DNA of 64,000 bases from Candidatus Culexmicrobium cathedralense (GCA_025061115.1 JANZKC010000002.1:160001-224000); one strand, 5' to 3'. Positions 50,142-61,025 are shown, counted from the first letter of the stretch. The notes: generated from the letters alone by a model not told the origin. Numbers and translations are program-made.

Positions 50142-52094
50142 TTACATTCTGGTCGGCGCTTCAATCCCCATTAGATTGAGCGCGTTCCTAAGCGTTACCC
50201 TAACAGCATTAACTAGTTGAAGTCTAGCGTTTCTGAGCTCCTCAGGCTCTGCCTTCAAAACTGGAACTGCATCATAGAATGCATTGAAGGTAAGCGCAAG
50301 CGAGTTTGTAAAGTCTGGTAGAAGCTCAACTTTAAGGCTGTCTGCAGCTTCAGCAACTACTTCAGGGAACTTTGAAACTTGAAGAATTAAGCTCTTCTCC
50401 AACTTGTGGGTAAGAAGCTTTGCATCGTAATTCTCAGGCAACCCATCAACCTTCGCGAGTATGTTGCATGCTCTAGCGTGAGCATATTGAATAAAGGGAG
50501 CGCTGTTCTGATCAAAGTTTAAAACTCTATCCCAAGTAAACGTCATTCTCTTCGAAGGAGAAATGCAAAGCAGTGCGTATCGAACCGCTCCAACGCCAAC
50601 TGCCACACTTATCCTGGAAATCTGCTCTTCACTCAAGTTTGAAGAGCGTTTCACAACTTCAGCTCTAGCTCTCTCAACCGCTTCATCAATTATCTTGTCA
50701 AACTCAACATATCTACCTCGCCTGCTTGACATTTTAAAGCCTGGAAGTCTAACTAGCTCATAGGCGTAGTGCACGAAGTTTAACGCTAGATCTCGCCTAC
50801 CCAGAACCGCTAGTGCAATTCTAAGCTGAAGCTGCGGCAGAGTCTGCTCAGCACCAATAACGTGAATAACCTTATCTGCATGCTCAAACTGCCATAGAGT
50901 ATAAGCAATATCCCTCGTCGTGTACAAGGTTCTACCGTCAGACCTGACTAGAGTTAATTTGGGAAACTCGTAAAGGTCGCTGACTCCAAGCTCCTTTTTT
51001 AAATTGAGCGCATTGGCAGCTTGCTCAGCATCGAAAATTAAGGCTCCACCGTCGACCTTCACGAAGGGAGTAGCCTTGAGCTTATCCAGCACTTCCTTCA
51101 CCCTGCTACTCCAAACGATGTCGCTCTCCCAATCCCAGCTGTCATGCTTGATATTTGCCCTTTCTAAAGTCTCTTTGAAACCTTCAATGCACAAGTTACA
51201 TAGCTCTCTAACAAGCTTAGTGACTCGCTCATCACCCATTTCGTATAGCAAGTCTAGCCTGGCAATAGACTCGGGGGGATTTGGATCGGAGTTTATCTCC
51301 TCAAGAAGCTTGTCAAATAGATCTGGATTCCTATCACGCAATTCCTTGGAAACAGACGCCCAGTCGCTTAGCTCTCCCAAAATTTTCGCTCGCTCATCTT
51401 CAAATCCCTCGCCAAGCTCATCAATTTCCTTAAGCCTCTTCTTCAGCCTCCAGATCTCGACGATGCAGCTAGTCATAGCGTAGATTAATCCTATAAAGCG
51501 GTCAGGCTTACCCTCAGGCTTAATCCTGCCGAGCTTATCATACCCGTAAGCGGCTATAGAAACTTGCAAGCCTACGTCATCAATATAGAAGTGAGTTTTA
51601 ACATCATGGCCTCTAGCCTTCAGCAGCCTTGCTAAAGTATCTCCTAGAACCGCGTTTCTAGCTGCACCAATATGAAGAGGATGAATAGGATTAGCGCTCG
51701 TGTGCTCAACAATAATTCTAAGCGGCTTATCGACTTTTAAATGACCATAATTCTCGTCAAGATCCACGACAGCTTTAAAAGTTTCACAAGCCAATTCAGG
51801 ATAGCTCACGTAAAAATTCACGTAACCAGCACCGGCAACTTCAACTTTATCAATAAACCTCATATTTAAAGGTCTAATAATCTCAACAATTTTCTCAGCC
51901 AAAACCCTAGGAGGAAAGCCAGCTTGCTTAGCAACAGTAAAGGAAGGAAAAGCCAATTCAGCTCCAATCACAGGCGGAGGTACTTCAAGAATTACATCAA
52001 CATTCGATATTCCTAGCTGCGAAAAGGCGTAATTTATAGCTTCAACGCACTGCTGCCTAAAAGCTCCAAATGGATTGCCCTTAACCGTACTCAC
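50142..52094 (-). CDS. argS: Arginyl-tRNA synthetase
   Basis: EHTSANPIHPLHIG..RN, KMSSRRG, QYAHAR and terminal RM. Confidence 0.97.
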   Translation of the reverse strand: MSTVKGNPFGAFRQQCVEAINYAFSQLGISNVDVILEVPPPVIGAELAFPSFTVAKQAGFPPRVLAEKIVEIIRPLNMRFIDKVEVAGAGYVNFYVSYPELACETFKAVVDLDENYGHLKVDKPLRIIVEHTSANPIHPLHIGAARNAVLGDTLARLLKARGHDVKTHFYIDDVGLQVSIAAYGYDKLGRIKPEGKPDRFIGLIYAMTSCIVEIWRLKKRLKEIDELGEGFEDERAKILGELSDWASVSKELRDRNPDLFDKLLEEINSDPNPPESIARLDLLYEMGDERVTKLVRELCNLCIEGFKETLERANIKHDSWDWESDIVWSSRVKEVLDKLKATPFVKVDGGALIFDAEQAANALNLKKELGVSDLYEFPKLTLVRSDGRTLYTTRDIAYTLWQFEHADKVIHVIGAEQTLPQLQLRIALAVLGRRDLALNFVHYAYELVRLPGFKMSSRRGRYVEFDKIIDEAVERARAEVVKRSSNLSEEQISRISVAVGVGAVRYALLCISPSKRMTFTWDRVLNFDQNSAPFIQYAHARACNILAKVDGLPENYDAKLLTHKLEKSLILQVSKFPEVVAEAADSLKVELLPDFTNSLALTFNAFYDAVPVLKAEPEELRNARLQLVNAVRVTLRNALNLMGIEAPTRM

Positions 52095-52231
52095 CAAATT
52101 ACCACCACGCAATTGCAGACGCATAATTTAATGCTCAACCTAAGAATTCCATCACAAACTAGCTATTAAATACTACCACCAAAATGGAAACCATAAATTT
52201 GACGCAAAAAATACAAAATAAAAAGAAAACG

Positions 52232-53281
52232 TTAAGTTTCTTTCTTTTCTTTAACTTCAAGCCTACACTCGTAAATCACGTCACCGTCGACTACTCTGAA
52301 AATCCTGACAAAATCGCTTTCAATTTTCATCAAAATAGGCTTCCCAATACCCTCGGCAATCTTCCTAAGATCCTCCAAATCTTCAAGCTCGAAAACCACA
52401 CTACCACCTTCAGAGAAGCTCTTAACTTTAACTAAATAATCCTCCAAGGGCTTTACCAGATCCTTCCAAACATCCTTTTTGCCTTCACCAGCTCTGAAAA
52501 AGTTGAAGTATATCGACGGAGCCAATCCCGCCAAACTTAAACCTAACAATGCATAAAATCCGTAAAGCTTATTCTTAACATCTTCATGAACGATCACTTG
52601 GCTCCTTGTGACAGAGTCAGATTTTTGATGATTTAAGCCGTCAATGCTAATCATCGAGCCTTCAACTCCACCGTACTTAATAGTTATAGTTAATTGTGGA
52701 GAGAAAGATGATTCAATAAATCCAACAACGTCATTTGAAGCTAGAACATGAATGTTCGGAGTCAAAGTTAAAGTATAACTGCTCGCATAAGCTCCAGTCT
52801 CGTCTTCAATACGTTTAATCAATGAAAAGATATCCCCAAGATTCAAAGTTAAATTAAAATTAAAAGAAGCATCATTTCCATAAAGCTTCATTGAACCCTT
52901 AGCAGGACCGGGTAAATCCTTAACCCAACCGCTAGGCGAACTTAAACTAAAGTTAACATTGTAATTTACAACTATTGTGGATGGAGTGTCAATGAGGAAG
53001 CGATATGTAAAATCAATGACTATTCTCTTCACGAGCTTCAAATAAAGTGTACCTTCACCTGGACCGAGCACAGTAGTGTTGTAGAGAACATTGGGATGAA
53101 TAAAAGCTAAGTAACTATACCTACCAAAATTCGCATAATTGCATAAAGACACCTGCTTACTCTCCACCACAGGAATTTGATAGGTAAAGTATAGCATAAC
53201 AATTGAAAACAATGTTAAAAACGTGAATAACACCAAGAAAAGCCTTGTCTTTCGCAAAAAATTATGTTTAAACATCATCAC
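52232..53281 (-). CDS. DUF5305-like membrane-anchored protein of SipW loci
   Basis: N-terminal TM, beta-rich exterior, second TM, and C-terminal LEDL..IA...GKPI....DGDVIY. Confidence 0.62.
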   Translation of the reverse strand: MMMFKHNFLRKTRLFLVLFTFLTLFSIVMLYFTYQIPVVESKQVSLCNYANFGRYSYLAFIHPNVLYNTTVLGPGEGTLYLKLVKRIVIDFTYRFLIDTPSTIVVNYNVNFSLSSPSGWVKDLPGPAKGSMKLYGNDASFNFNLTLNLGDIFSLIKRIEDETGAYASSYTLTLTPNIHVLASNDVVGFIESSFSPQLTITIKYGGVEGSMISIDGLNHQKSDSVTRSQVIVHEDVKNKLYGFYALLGLSLAGLAPSIYFNFFRAGEGKKDVWKDLVKPLEDYLVKVKSFSEGGSVVFELEDLEDLRKIAEGIGKPILMKIESDFVRIFRVVDGDVIYECRLEVKEKKET

Positions 53282-53353
53282 ACCAGATTTACCATTTAAT
53301 TACGTTTCTTTTCAAGTTGGATAAATACTTTTCTGAAAATCGCTATTTACAAG

Positions 53354-53983
53354 TTATGGAGAAAACGCCACATTGTCAATCACATGAATAGTAAAATGTA
53401 GAGATATGTCCTCTAAACCATTATCGCTCGTAGAATTAAAGCTTACTTTTATCCAAACAATAACCTTCTGGCTCGGGTCGAAGAATATAGGCGGTGCCAC
53501 AGCGTCGTTAAAAGGAAGATCATCAGCCTCAACATGCCCCCAAACTACTTTGAAATCACCCCTGTCAAATGGACCATAAAAGTAAATCTCAGTCTCAAGA
53601 TAATCCTGTAATTCACTTTGATTTTCAAAAACCACGTGAATAGCTTTAATTTTAGCTGGCAAAGTACCATCATTACAAACAACTAGTCCAATCCAAGCAT
53701 ACCAACCGGAACATACGTTTTCACACATTACTTTTAAAGTGTAAGGATCAATTAGCACCATTTGGTCATCCTCTATTGGCGCAACTCTTCTAAACTCTTT
53801 GGGAACCACAGCCTTGTATGAACCTATCTTCACATAGAAGTGACCCATTTTTATCTTACCAGATATCTGTAAAATTTCATTCCAATGACTGTACGCAAAC
53901 CCGCTTATAACCAGTACAATTAAAAGGATGCTGAAGACAAATGATAACTCAAAACTTAGATTATTATGCTTTTTCACTCTCAC
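53354..53983 (-). CDS. SipW-signal (TasA/AbpA-like) fibre protein 3
   Basis: AYS|HWNEILQISGKIKMG; V.NDGTLP. Confidence 0.68.
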   Translation of the reverse strand: MRVKKHNNLSFELSFVFSILLIVLVISGFAYSHWNEILQISGKIKMGHFYVKIGSYKAVVPKEFRRVAPIEDDQMVLIDPYTLKVMCENVCSGWYAWIGLVVCNDGTLPAKIKAIHVVFENQSELQDYLETEIYFYGPFDRGDFKVVWGHVEADDLPFNDAVAPPIFFDPSQKVIVWIKVSFNSTSDNGLEDISLHFTIHVIDNVAFSP

Positions 53984-53986
53984 TAC

Positions 53987-54247
53987 CTAAGTCACCTCCC
54001 CTATTTTTCTAACTGGAAGCAAAACAATTCTTGAGAACATAAAATTCGAAAGCTCAAAAAGACCAATTAAGATTGAGAAAAGATTACTCCAAAAGATCAC
54101 TAGAAGCGTATTGACAGTGATGAAGAGCTGGTCAATATTCGAATTACAAAGAATAATGTTGCTCATAGCTTGAAATGGTTGTGCAGGACCGATGAGTGGA
54201 AAATCATCTACGCAACCTTTCATGCGCACAACTCTATACATAGTCAT
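53987..54247 (-). CDS. Small hydrophobic protein
   Basis: GAGGTGA RBS; fills the operon gap exactly. Confidence 0.45.
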   Translation of the reverse strand: MTMYRVVRMKGCVDDFPLIGPAQPFQAMSNIILCNSNIDQLFITVNTLLVIFWSNLFSILIGLFELSNFMFSRIVLLPVRKIGEVT

Positions 54248-54285
54248 CTCGCCTTCACCTCAAAATTTAATTTTTATCACATCTT

Positions 54286-55545
54286 TCATCTCCATCTACC
54301 AAATTTCCTCCTTTTCATAAAATAATTATAAATAAAGTATGAAAAGACAAATGAAACAGAAATTATAAAACTTATAAGATTAATTTGATTATAGTAAATG
54401 AAGCTGAAAATCGAAAATACTATGATTTTCATATAAATTGAAATCCACCCTAATTTGGGTATAATAAGTAGGAGCTTGCCTTTAATTTGACTTGAATAAA
54501 CGGGATCGTAATCAATAGCGTTGTTGGCATCGCCCTTAGTTACGAAATATCCTTGTTTTATAGCCACAACCCTATGAAGTACAGCGCCTTCGCGGCCCAT
54601 ATATTGAATTATATCACCTAACTGAATCTTGTTAGGTGGGACTTTAACTAGAATGGCTATGTCTCCAACGTTTAATGTTGGTTGCATGCTACCGCTCATG
54701 ACAACTGATGGGAATACGCTCAATAATCCTGTGCTAAACCAAACTGCTAAAACAAATATTAAAATAGGCGCTAAGGCCTTGGCTGGGCTCTCCTTCTTTT
54801 TCCAACCCCTAAAAACATCAATTTTCAATCCAGCGCTTCTAAGCACCTCCCTTGGAGTAGCATAATTTATTGCTACAAGGCTTATCGTTGGAGAAACGAC
54901 ACCTAATAGTGATTTTAAGCTCCAAGGAAGGTCTGGCAATACAGGGGAAAACCACTGGAAAACTGAAAGAGGCATTACGTAGGCTATTGAAGCTATTGGA
55001 CCAGCAAGCAGTGCAAGATACGAAGCTAATAAGTTCTGAGCCAAAGCTGGAAGGAAATCAGAGCCTAAGAATTCAACAAAGAGTAGAGGCTTAACATTAG
55101 ATAATGGCATCCTCAACAAAGCTAAAACTGGGCTGTGAAGAAGCGACATAAGCATAAGTGAAAGGAGAGGTTTACGCCTACCCAAATTCCTTAAAATATG
55201 CGCCCTCGAAAATTCAACTCCAAAAACCGATGAAAGCACCATAATTGAGTTGAGTATAAGCATTCTAGGCGCAAATGAAACTGGACTCCTACCAAATTTA
55301 GTGATAAGACCAGCATCAACAAGAAGAGCTATCTGAAAAATTGCTGCAAGAAAGGCAGCCAAATAAACAATTCTCCACTTAGAATCTAATCCTCCAAGTA
55401 AATTATTAGCGAAAATCGAAATTACAGCAACACCCACCCAACACAAGGAAGGTACTAAGTATGCTAACAAGCCAGCGGGCATATAAAAATATAAGAGCAA
55501 CTTAACTGATAAAAGAGAAATTAATACCAAGATCGTTTTATTCAT
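54286..55545 (-). CDS. sipW: SipW/Sec11-type signal peptidase I with extended multi-TM N-terminal domain
   Basis: VMSGSMQPTLNVGD, VLHRVV and TKGDANN..D (Ser-His type). Confidence 0.88.
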   Translation of the reverse strand: MNKTILVLISLLSVKLLLYFYMPAGLLAYLVPSLCWVGVAVISIFANNLLGGLDSKWRIVYLAAFLAAIFQIALLVDAGLITKFGRSPVSFAPRMLILNSIMVLSSVFGVEFSRAHILRNLGRRKPLLSLMLMSLLHSPVLALLRMPLSNVKPLLFVEFLGSDFLPALAQNLLASYLALLAGPIASIAYVMPLSVFQWFSPVLPDLPWSLKSLLGVVSPTISLVAINYATPREVLRSAGLKIDVFRGWKKKESPAKALAPILIFVLAVWFSTGLLSVFPSVVMSGSMQPTLNVGDIAILVKVPPNKIQLGDIIQYMGREGAVLHRVVAIKQGYFVTKGDANNAIDYDPVYSSQIKGKLLLIIPKLGWISIYMKIIVFSIFSFIYYNQINLISFIISVSFVFSYFIYNYFMKRRKFGRWR

Positions 55546-55622
55546 TCACATCACCATTATGTTATGATATAAATAAAAAATAGGAAATTATTTAACAATT
55601 AATTATTTCAGCAATAATTTCA

Positions 55623-56315
55623 TTAACCCTTGTTCCATTGAATGCCAATAATTTCAACTGTCAGGACATACGTGTGACACTCTTCTGCCTCTTGCTTAAA
55701 TTCCAAGTCAATTTCAGCCTTATGCGTTCTACATGGATCTATCTGATAAGGTACGCTATCCGTGACTTCCAAGTTTATCACTTCAATGTCGCAGGCGTCA
55801 ACAACACCATTGCCATTAACATCTTCATAAATACTGCCTATGTAATCTCCATCAGGGTCATACCACAATAAGTCGTAGATCTTATGGCCAGTAGCATTCC
55901 TCTTCTCGCCAGTAATGTTATAGCCAATCACTTTAATTGGAATTGTACCAATGTTATGTAGCTTGAAGACTATGCCCACAACGTATTGTGGATATGCATT
56001 ATCAATAACTATTATGAGCTTCTTATAACCTTCTTTTCCAGTGTGTGGATCCGTTATATTTTCAGCAAAGTAAGCAGTGCAATTTCCAACATCTTTACCA
56101 AGATATTCACCAGCTGTTTTTTGCGTGTGATCCTCGTTCCAGTGATACTCATTACAGCTGGGCGGTTCAGCGTAGTCAAATGATAATGTCAAGCTACCCA
56201 TGTTTATAGTGCCTTCAATAGTTACTACATCACTCCAATGAGCATAAACAGCTCCAAGCAGAGATAAGAGTACAACTATTGATAGGGAAAGCAAGCTTGT
56301 TTTACGAGTATTCAT
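55623..56315 (-). CDS. SipW-signal (TasA/AbpA-like) fibre protein 2
   Basis: VYA|HWSDVVTIEGTINMG; NAYP, HNIGTIP and QWN. Confidence 0.75.
   Translation of the reverse strand: MNTRKTSLLSLSIVVLLSLLGAVYAHWSDVVTIEGTINMGSLTLSFDYAEPPSCNEYHWNEDHTQKTAGEYLGKDVGNCTAYFAENITDPHTGKEGYKKLIIVIDNAYPQYVVGIVFKLHNIGTIPIKVIGYNITGEKRNATGHKIYDLLWYDPDGDYIGSIYEDVNGNGVVDACDIEVINLEVTDSVPYQIDPCRTHKAEIDLEFKQEAEECHTYVLTVEIIGIQWNKG
56209..56267. repeat. 59-bp direct repeat, copy 1
   Basis: 58/59 identical to 56910-56968. Confidence 0.95.
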
Positions 56316-56332
56316 ATCTAATCAACCCCTAC

Positions 56333-57016
56333 CTATGCCTTATTCCACTGTACAAACTCAAATGTAACTGAGAATGTGTAAGTATGACACTCCTCAGCCG
56401 TCTGCTTAAAGTCTACATCAATGCAAACCAGGTAGCAGTTACAAGGTTCAAGTTGACCATCTTCAGGAACATAAGCAACAACTCTAACATTCATTATATC
56501 GCCTGCTGGATCTACTAGTGCACCCTCCCAAATCCACGCTTTTAATGTTGTGTTGTAATACCAAAGATCCTGCCTCCAAGTGAGGTTTTCACCATCCGTT
56601 ACGTCGTAGCCAGTTAAGTTCGCTTTAGTATACGTAGCAGGTATGGTTCCAGCATTCTTCAACATAAATTCGATATGTACATCCCACTGCGGGTATGCAT
56701 TTGCCATTAGAATTGTCATCTTCTTAGCTACGGTTTCAGGCGGATCATGATGAACGCTAGTTTCAAAGTCGCTTAAAGTAATCGTAGCATTTGCAACCCA
56801 CGTCTTATTTGCTGGCGGAAGGAATTCCGCTTCCGGAACACCATTGATAGTTTCATAGTGAGTAACCGAGTTGTTTAAAATGCCTACTATAAGCTCACCC
56901 ATATGCACTGTGCCTTCAATAGTTACTACATCACTCCAATGAGCATAAACAACTCCAAGCAGAGATAAAATAACTATCAGCAGTCCAAAAGTGCCTATCA
57001 AACTCTTACTTTTCAT
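56333..57016 (-). CDS. SipW-signal (TasA/AbpA-like) fibre protein 1
   Basis: VYA|HWSDVVTIEGTVHMG; NAYP, KNAGTIP and QWN. Confidence 0.75.
   Translation of the reverse strand: MKSKSLIGTFGLLIVILSLLGVVYAHWSDVVTIEGTVHMGELIVGILNNSVTHYETINGVPEAEFLPPANKTWVANATITLSDFETSVHHDPPETVAKKMTILMANAYPQWDVHIEFMLKNAGTIPATYTKANLTGYDVTDGENLTWRQDLWYYNTTLKAWIWEGALVDPAGDIMNVRVVAYVPEDGQLEPCNCYLVCIDVDFKQTAEECHTYTFSVTFEFVQWNKA
56910..56968. repeat. 59-bp direct repeat, copy 2
   Basis: 58/59 identical to 56209-56267. Confidence 0.95.
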
Positions 57017-57156
57017 TTACTGATCACCTCTTAATTTTCGGGCTATCATCGCCTAGATTAAGCTTTAAAACTAAGCTTTAAACTCTAGGCTTTAACGGGG
57101 GCTCCCAATAGTCCCCCGGCTTTACAGCAGCATATACTATGGATCTCGTTTAACGC

Positions 57157-57198
57157 TTTAAATTGCCGATTCAAATGGTCTGGAAATGAGCCATTTGG
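57157..57198 (-). promoter_or_regulatory. Candidate operator (two CCAWWTGG-like boxes, 20-bp period) plus TATA box of the fibre operon
   Basis: TCAAATGG 57171-78, CCATTTGG 57191-98 and TTTAAA 57157-62. Confidence 0.5.
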
Positions 57199-57221
57199 CT
57201 TTAAACGATGCGAAATACAAA

Positions 57222-57545
57222 TTACATTAACAAACGCTTTAAGCTTTCAAAATCCTTTTTAAGCCTATATTTCCTCATATTTTTATCTATAGAAATATAT
57301 TCTATTACACCAACATTTATTAGATTTTGAAGAATTTTTGACATTTTCGAGTAGGGCACCCCAACTCGCCGAGCAATTTCTCTTAACGTCACTTCTTCAT
57401 TTTTGCAAAGCTCAGCAATTGTCCTAAATGATAAATCCTCTTTAAACATGCTTTTAGCAAGTTCCAAGAGAAGCAATGTATGCAAGTCAACCTCCTGAAT
57501 TTTGATTTCACTAGCATTACTTTTTAGCCTAATATTTCGTCTCAA
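57222..57545 (-). CDS. Winged-HTH (ArsR-like) regulator
   Basis: TLREIARRVGV.YS...L..L...GVIEY. Confidence 0.78.
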   Translation of the reverse strand: MRRNIRLKSNASEIKIQEVDLHTLLLLELAKSMFKEDLSFRTIAELCKNEEVTLREIARRVGVPYSKMSKILQNLINVGVIEYISIDKNMRKYRLKKDFESLKRLLM

Positions 57546-57595
57546 GGCTTATCAAGCTTAAAATAATAATATCTCCCTATGCTTTACTTTGCGCT

Positions 57596-57623
57596 CCATT
57601 TGGACTAAAATTAAACCAAATGG
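57596..57623 (-). promoter_or_regulatory. Second copy of the candidate operator
   Basis: CCATTTGG 57596-603 and CCAAATGG 57616-23, same 20-bp period. Confidence 0.5.
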
Positions 57624-57639
57624 CATAAAAATAAGGGTT

Positions 57640-57966
57640 TTAGGTTAGGATGTCTTTTAATTGCTCGTACTTTTTGGAAAGCTTGTAAATCCTAATTCTT
57701 GGACTTGCATAGAAATATTCTACAACTCCCTTCTCAACCAAGAGATCAAGATGCCTAGATAAATTTGAATGCGATATGCCTACTTTTCTCGCCAATTCTC
57801 TCAAACTTGCACCTTCAATTTTGCATAATTCACGTACGATTTTAAATCTCACATTATCCCGATATGTCCGCTTTAAAAACTCAACAATTACTCGATTTTC
57901 TTTCTCCATTTTAATGTAATCTCTTCTATCGATTTTAAAATGTTTATCATCATAAGTACTATTCAA
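57640..57966 (-). CDS. Winged-HTH (ArsR-like) regulator, paralog of its neighbour
   Basis: SLRELARKVGISHSNLSRHL..L..KGVVEY. Confidence 0.82.
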   Translation of the reverse strand: MNSTYDDKHFKIDRRDYIKMEKENRVIVEFLKRTYRDNVRFKIVRELCKIEGASLRELARKVGISHSNLSRHLDLLVEKGVVEYFYASPRIRIYKLSKKYEQLKDILT

Positions 57967-58156
57967 TGAAATATCCTCCGACTTTAAAACATTAGTTAAT
58001 TACCAAAACGCACTATTATTTTTTGTGCATTTCAAAAGAATAAGCATAATAAAAATTTTCACTACTAACAACTATTTTCTAAATGCTTTTCAGAAAATTA
58101 ATTCTTCTCATGATTTTAATCGACCATGTAAAGGATAATTTTTATGTCAAAATGCT

Positions 58157-58261
58157 TGGCGGGCCCGCGGGGACTTGAACCCCGGACCTTCGGCTCCGCA
58201 GGCCGATTCGAGGTGAAGCTTAAAAGCTTCACTCGCTCTGTCCAAGCTGAGCTACGGGCCC
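58157..58261 (-). tRNA. tRNA-Arg(GCG) with a 27-nt non-canonical intron (58207-58233)
   Basis: Removing 58207-58233 gives a cloverleaf nearly identical to tRNA-Arg(CCG), with anticodon arm TCGGC-CT-GCG-GA-GCCGA and encoded CCA. Confidence 0.92.
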
Positions 58262-58305
58262 AACTACTTTGGTTGTTAATCTTAAGTATAAAGATATGGT
58301 TTTAA

Positions 58306-59178
58306 TCACATAACGTATATTCCCATTTCTCTAGCTATCCTTCTTAATCTTTCCACTCTTTTTTCTACTGGGGGGTGGGTTGAGAATAATTCCTCTATCG
58401 TTCCTCGCTTGAGCGGATTTATTATCCAAAGGTGGCTTATTGCTGGATTTGATTTCACTGTTAGTCCGACTCTTTTGGCTTGGCTTATTTTTATGAGGGC
58501 GCTTGCGAGGTCTAGTGGTTTTCTTGTTATTTTTGCTCCTAATTCATCTGCTAAGTATTCCCTTCCTCTTGATATTGCAAATTGTACGATTAAAGCTGCT
58601 ATTGGAGCTAATATTGCTGCTAATATGAGGGCGATTGCAGATTCTGATCTTCTTCTGTCTTCTCCTGCTCCGAGGTAAAGTCCCCATCTTCCAACATATG
58701 CAAGGTAGCTTATTGCTCCAGCTATCGTAGCGGCTATAGTCGATATTAGGACATCTCTATTTTTAATGTGTGCTACTTCGTGTCCGATTACAGCTTCAAC
58801 TTCATCTTCGTCTAGAAGCGTAAGTAAACCTTTAGTTACTGCTACGACGCTTTTTCCCGGCCCCCTGCCTGTTGCAAAGGCGTTTGGAGCTGTCGAATCT
58901 ATAATTGCCACTTTCGGCTTCGGTATGTTGGCGAGATTTGCTACCCTTTCAACTATTCGGTGCAGCTTTGGATGCTCCTTAGGGGATACTAGTTTTGCTC
59001 CAGTCATCATGAGAACTATTCTATCCGAATAGAAGTATGTTAGGAAGTTCATTAAACCAGCCATGAACAGCGAAATTTCTATTGCTCCAATTGGATTTCC
59101 GAAGTATGAGCCTATCGCATAGCCGGTGAGAATTAAAATTGAAGTGAGTATTGCAAGGAGGAAGGTTACTTTTAGCAA
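58306..59178 (-). CDS. htpX: Zinc metalloprotease HtpX
   Basis: PNAFATG, HEVAH, SRGREYLAD and FSTHPP. Confidence 0.95.
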   Translation of the reverse strand: MLKVTFLLAILTSILILTGYAIGSYFGNPIGAIEISLFMAGLMNFLTYFYSDRIVLMMTGAKLVSPKEHPKLHRIVERVANLANIPKPKVAIIDSTAPNAFATGRGPGKSVVAVTKGLLTLLDEDEVEAVIGHEVAHIKNRDVLISTIAATIAGAISYLAYVGRWGLYLGAGEDRRRSESAIALILAAILAPIAALIVQFAISRGREYLADELGAKITRKPLDLASALIKISQAKRVGLTVKSNPAISHLWIINPLKRGTIEELFSTHPPVEKRVERLRRIAREMGIYVM

Positions 59179-59223
59179 GGTTTAGGTCACCTAACTTGAG
59201 AAGAAATATTTGAGTTTAAAAAC

Positions 59224-61025
<1,802 letters not shown>

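Noticed and set aside
48400-52300. att direct repeat of either tRNA-Arg 3' end
   Set aside because: No partial copy of CCCCGCGGGCCCGCCA was found by eye, so island boundaries remain approximate.
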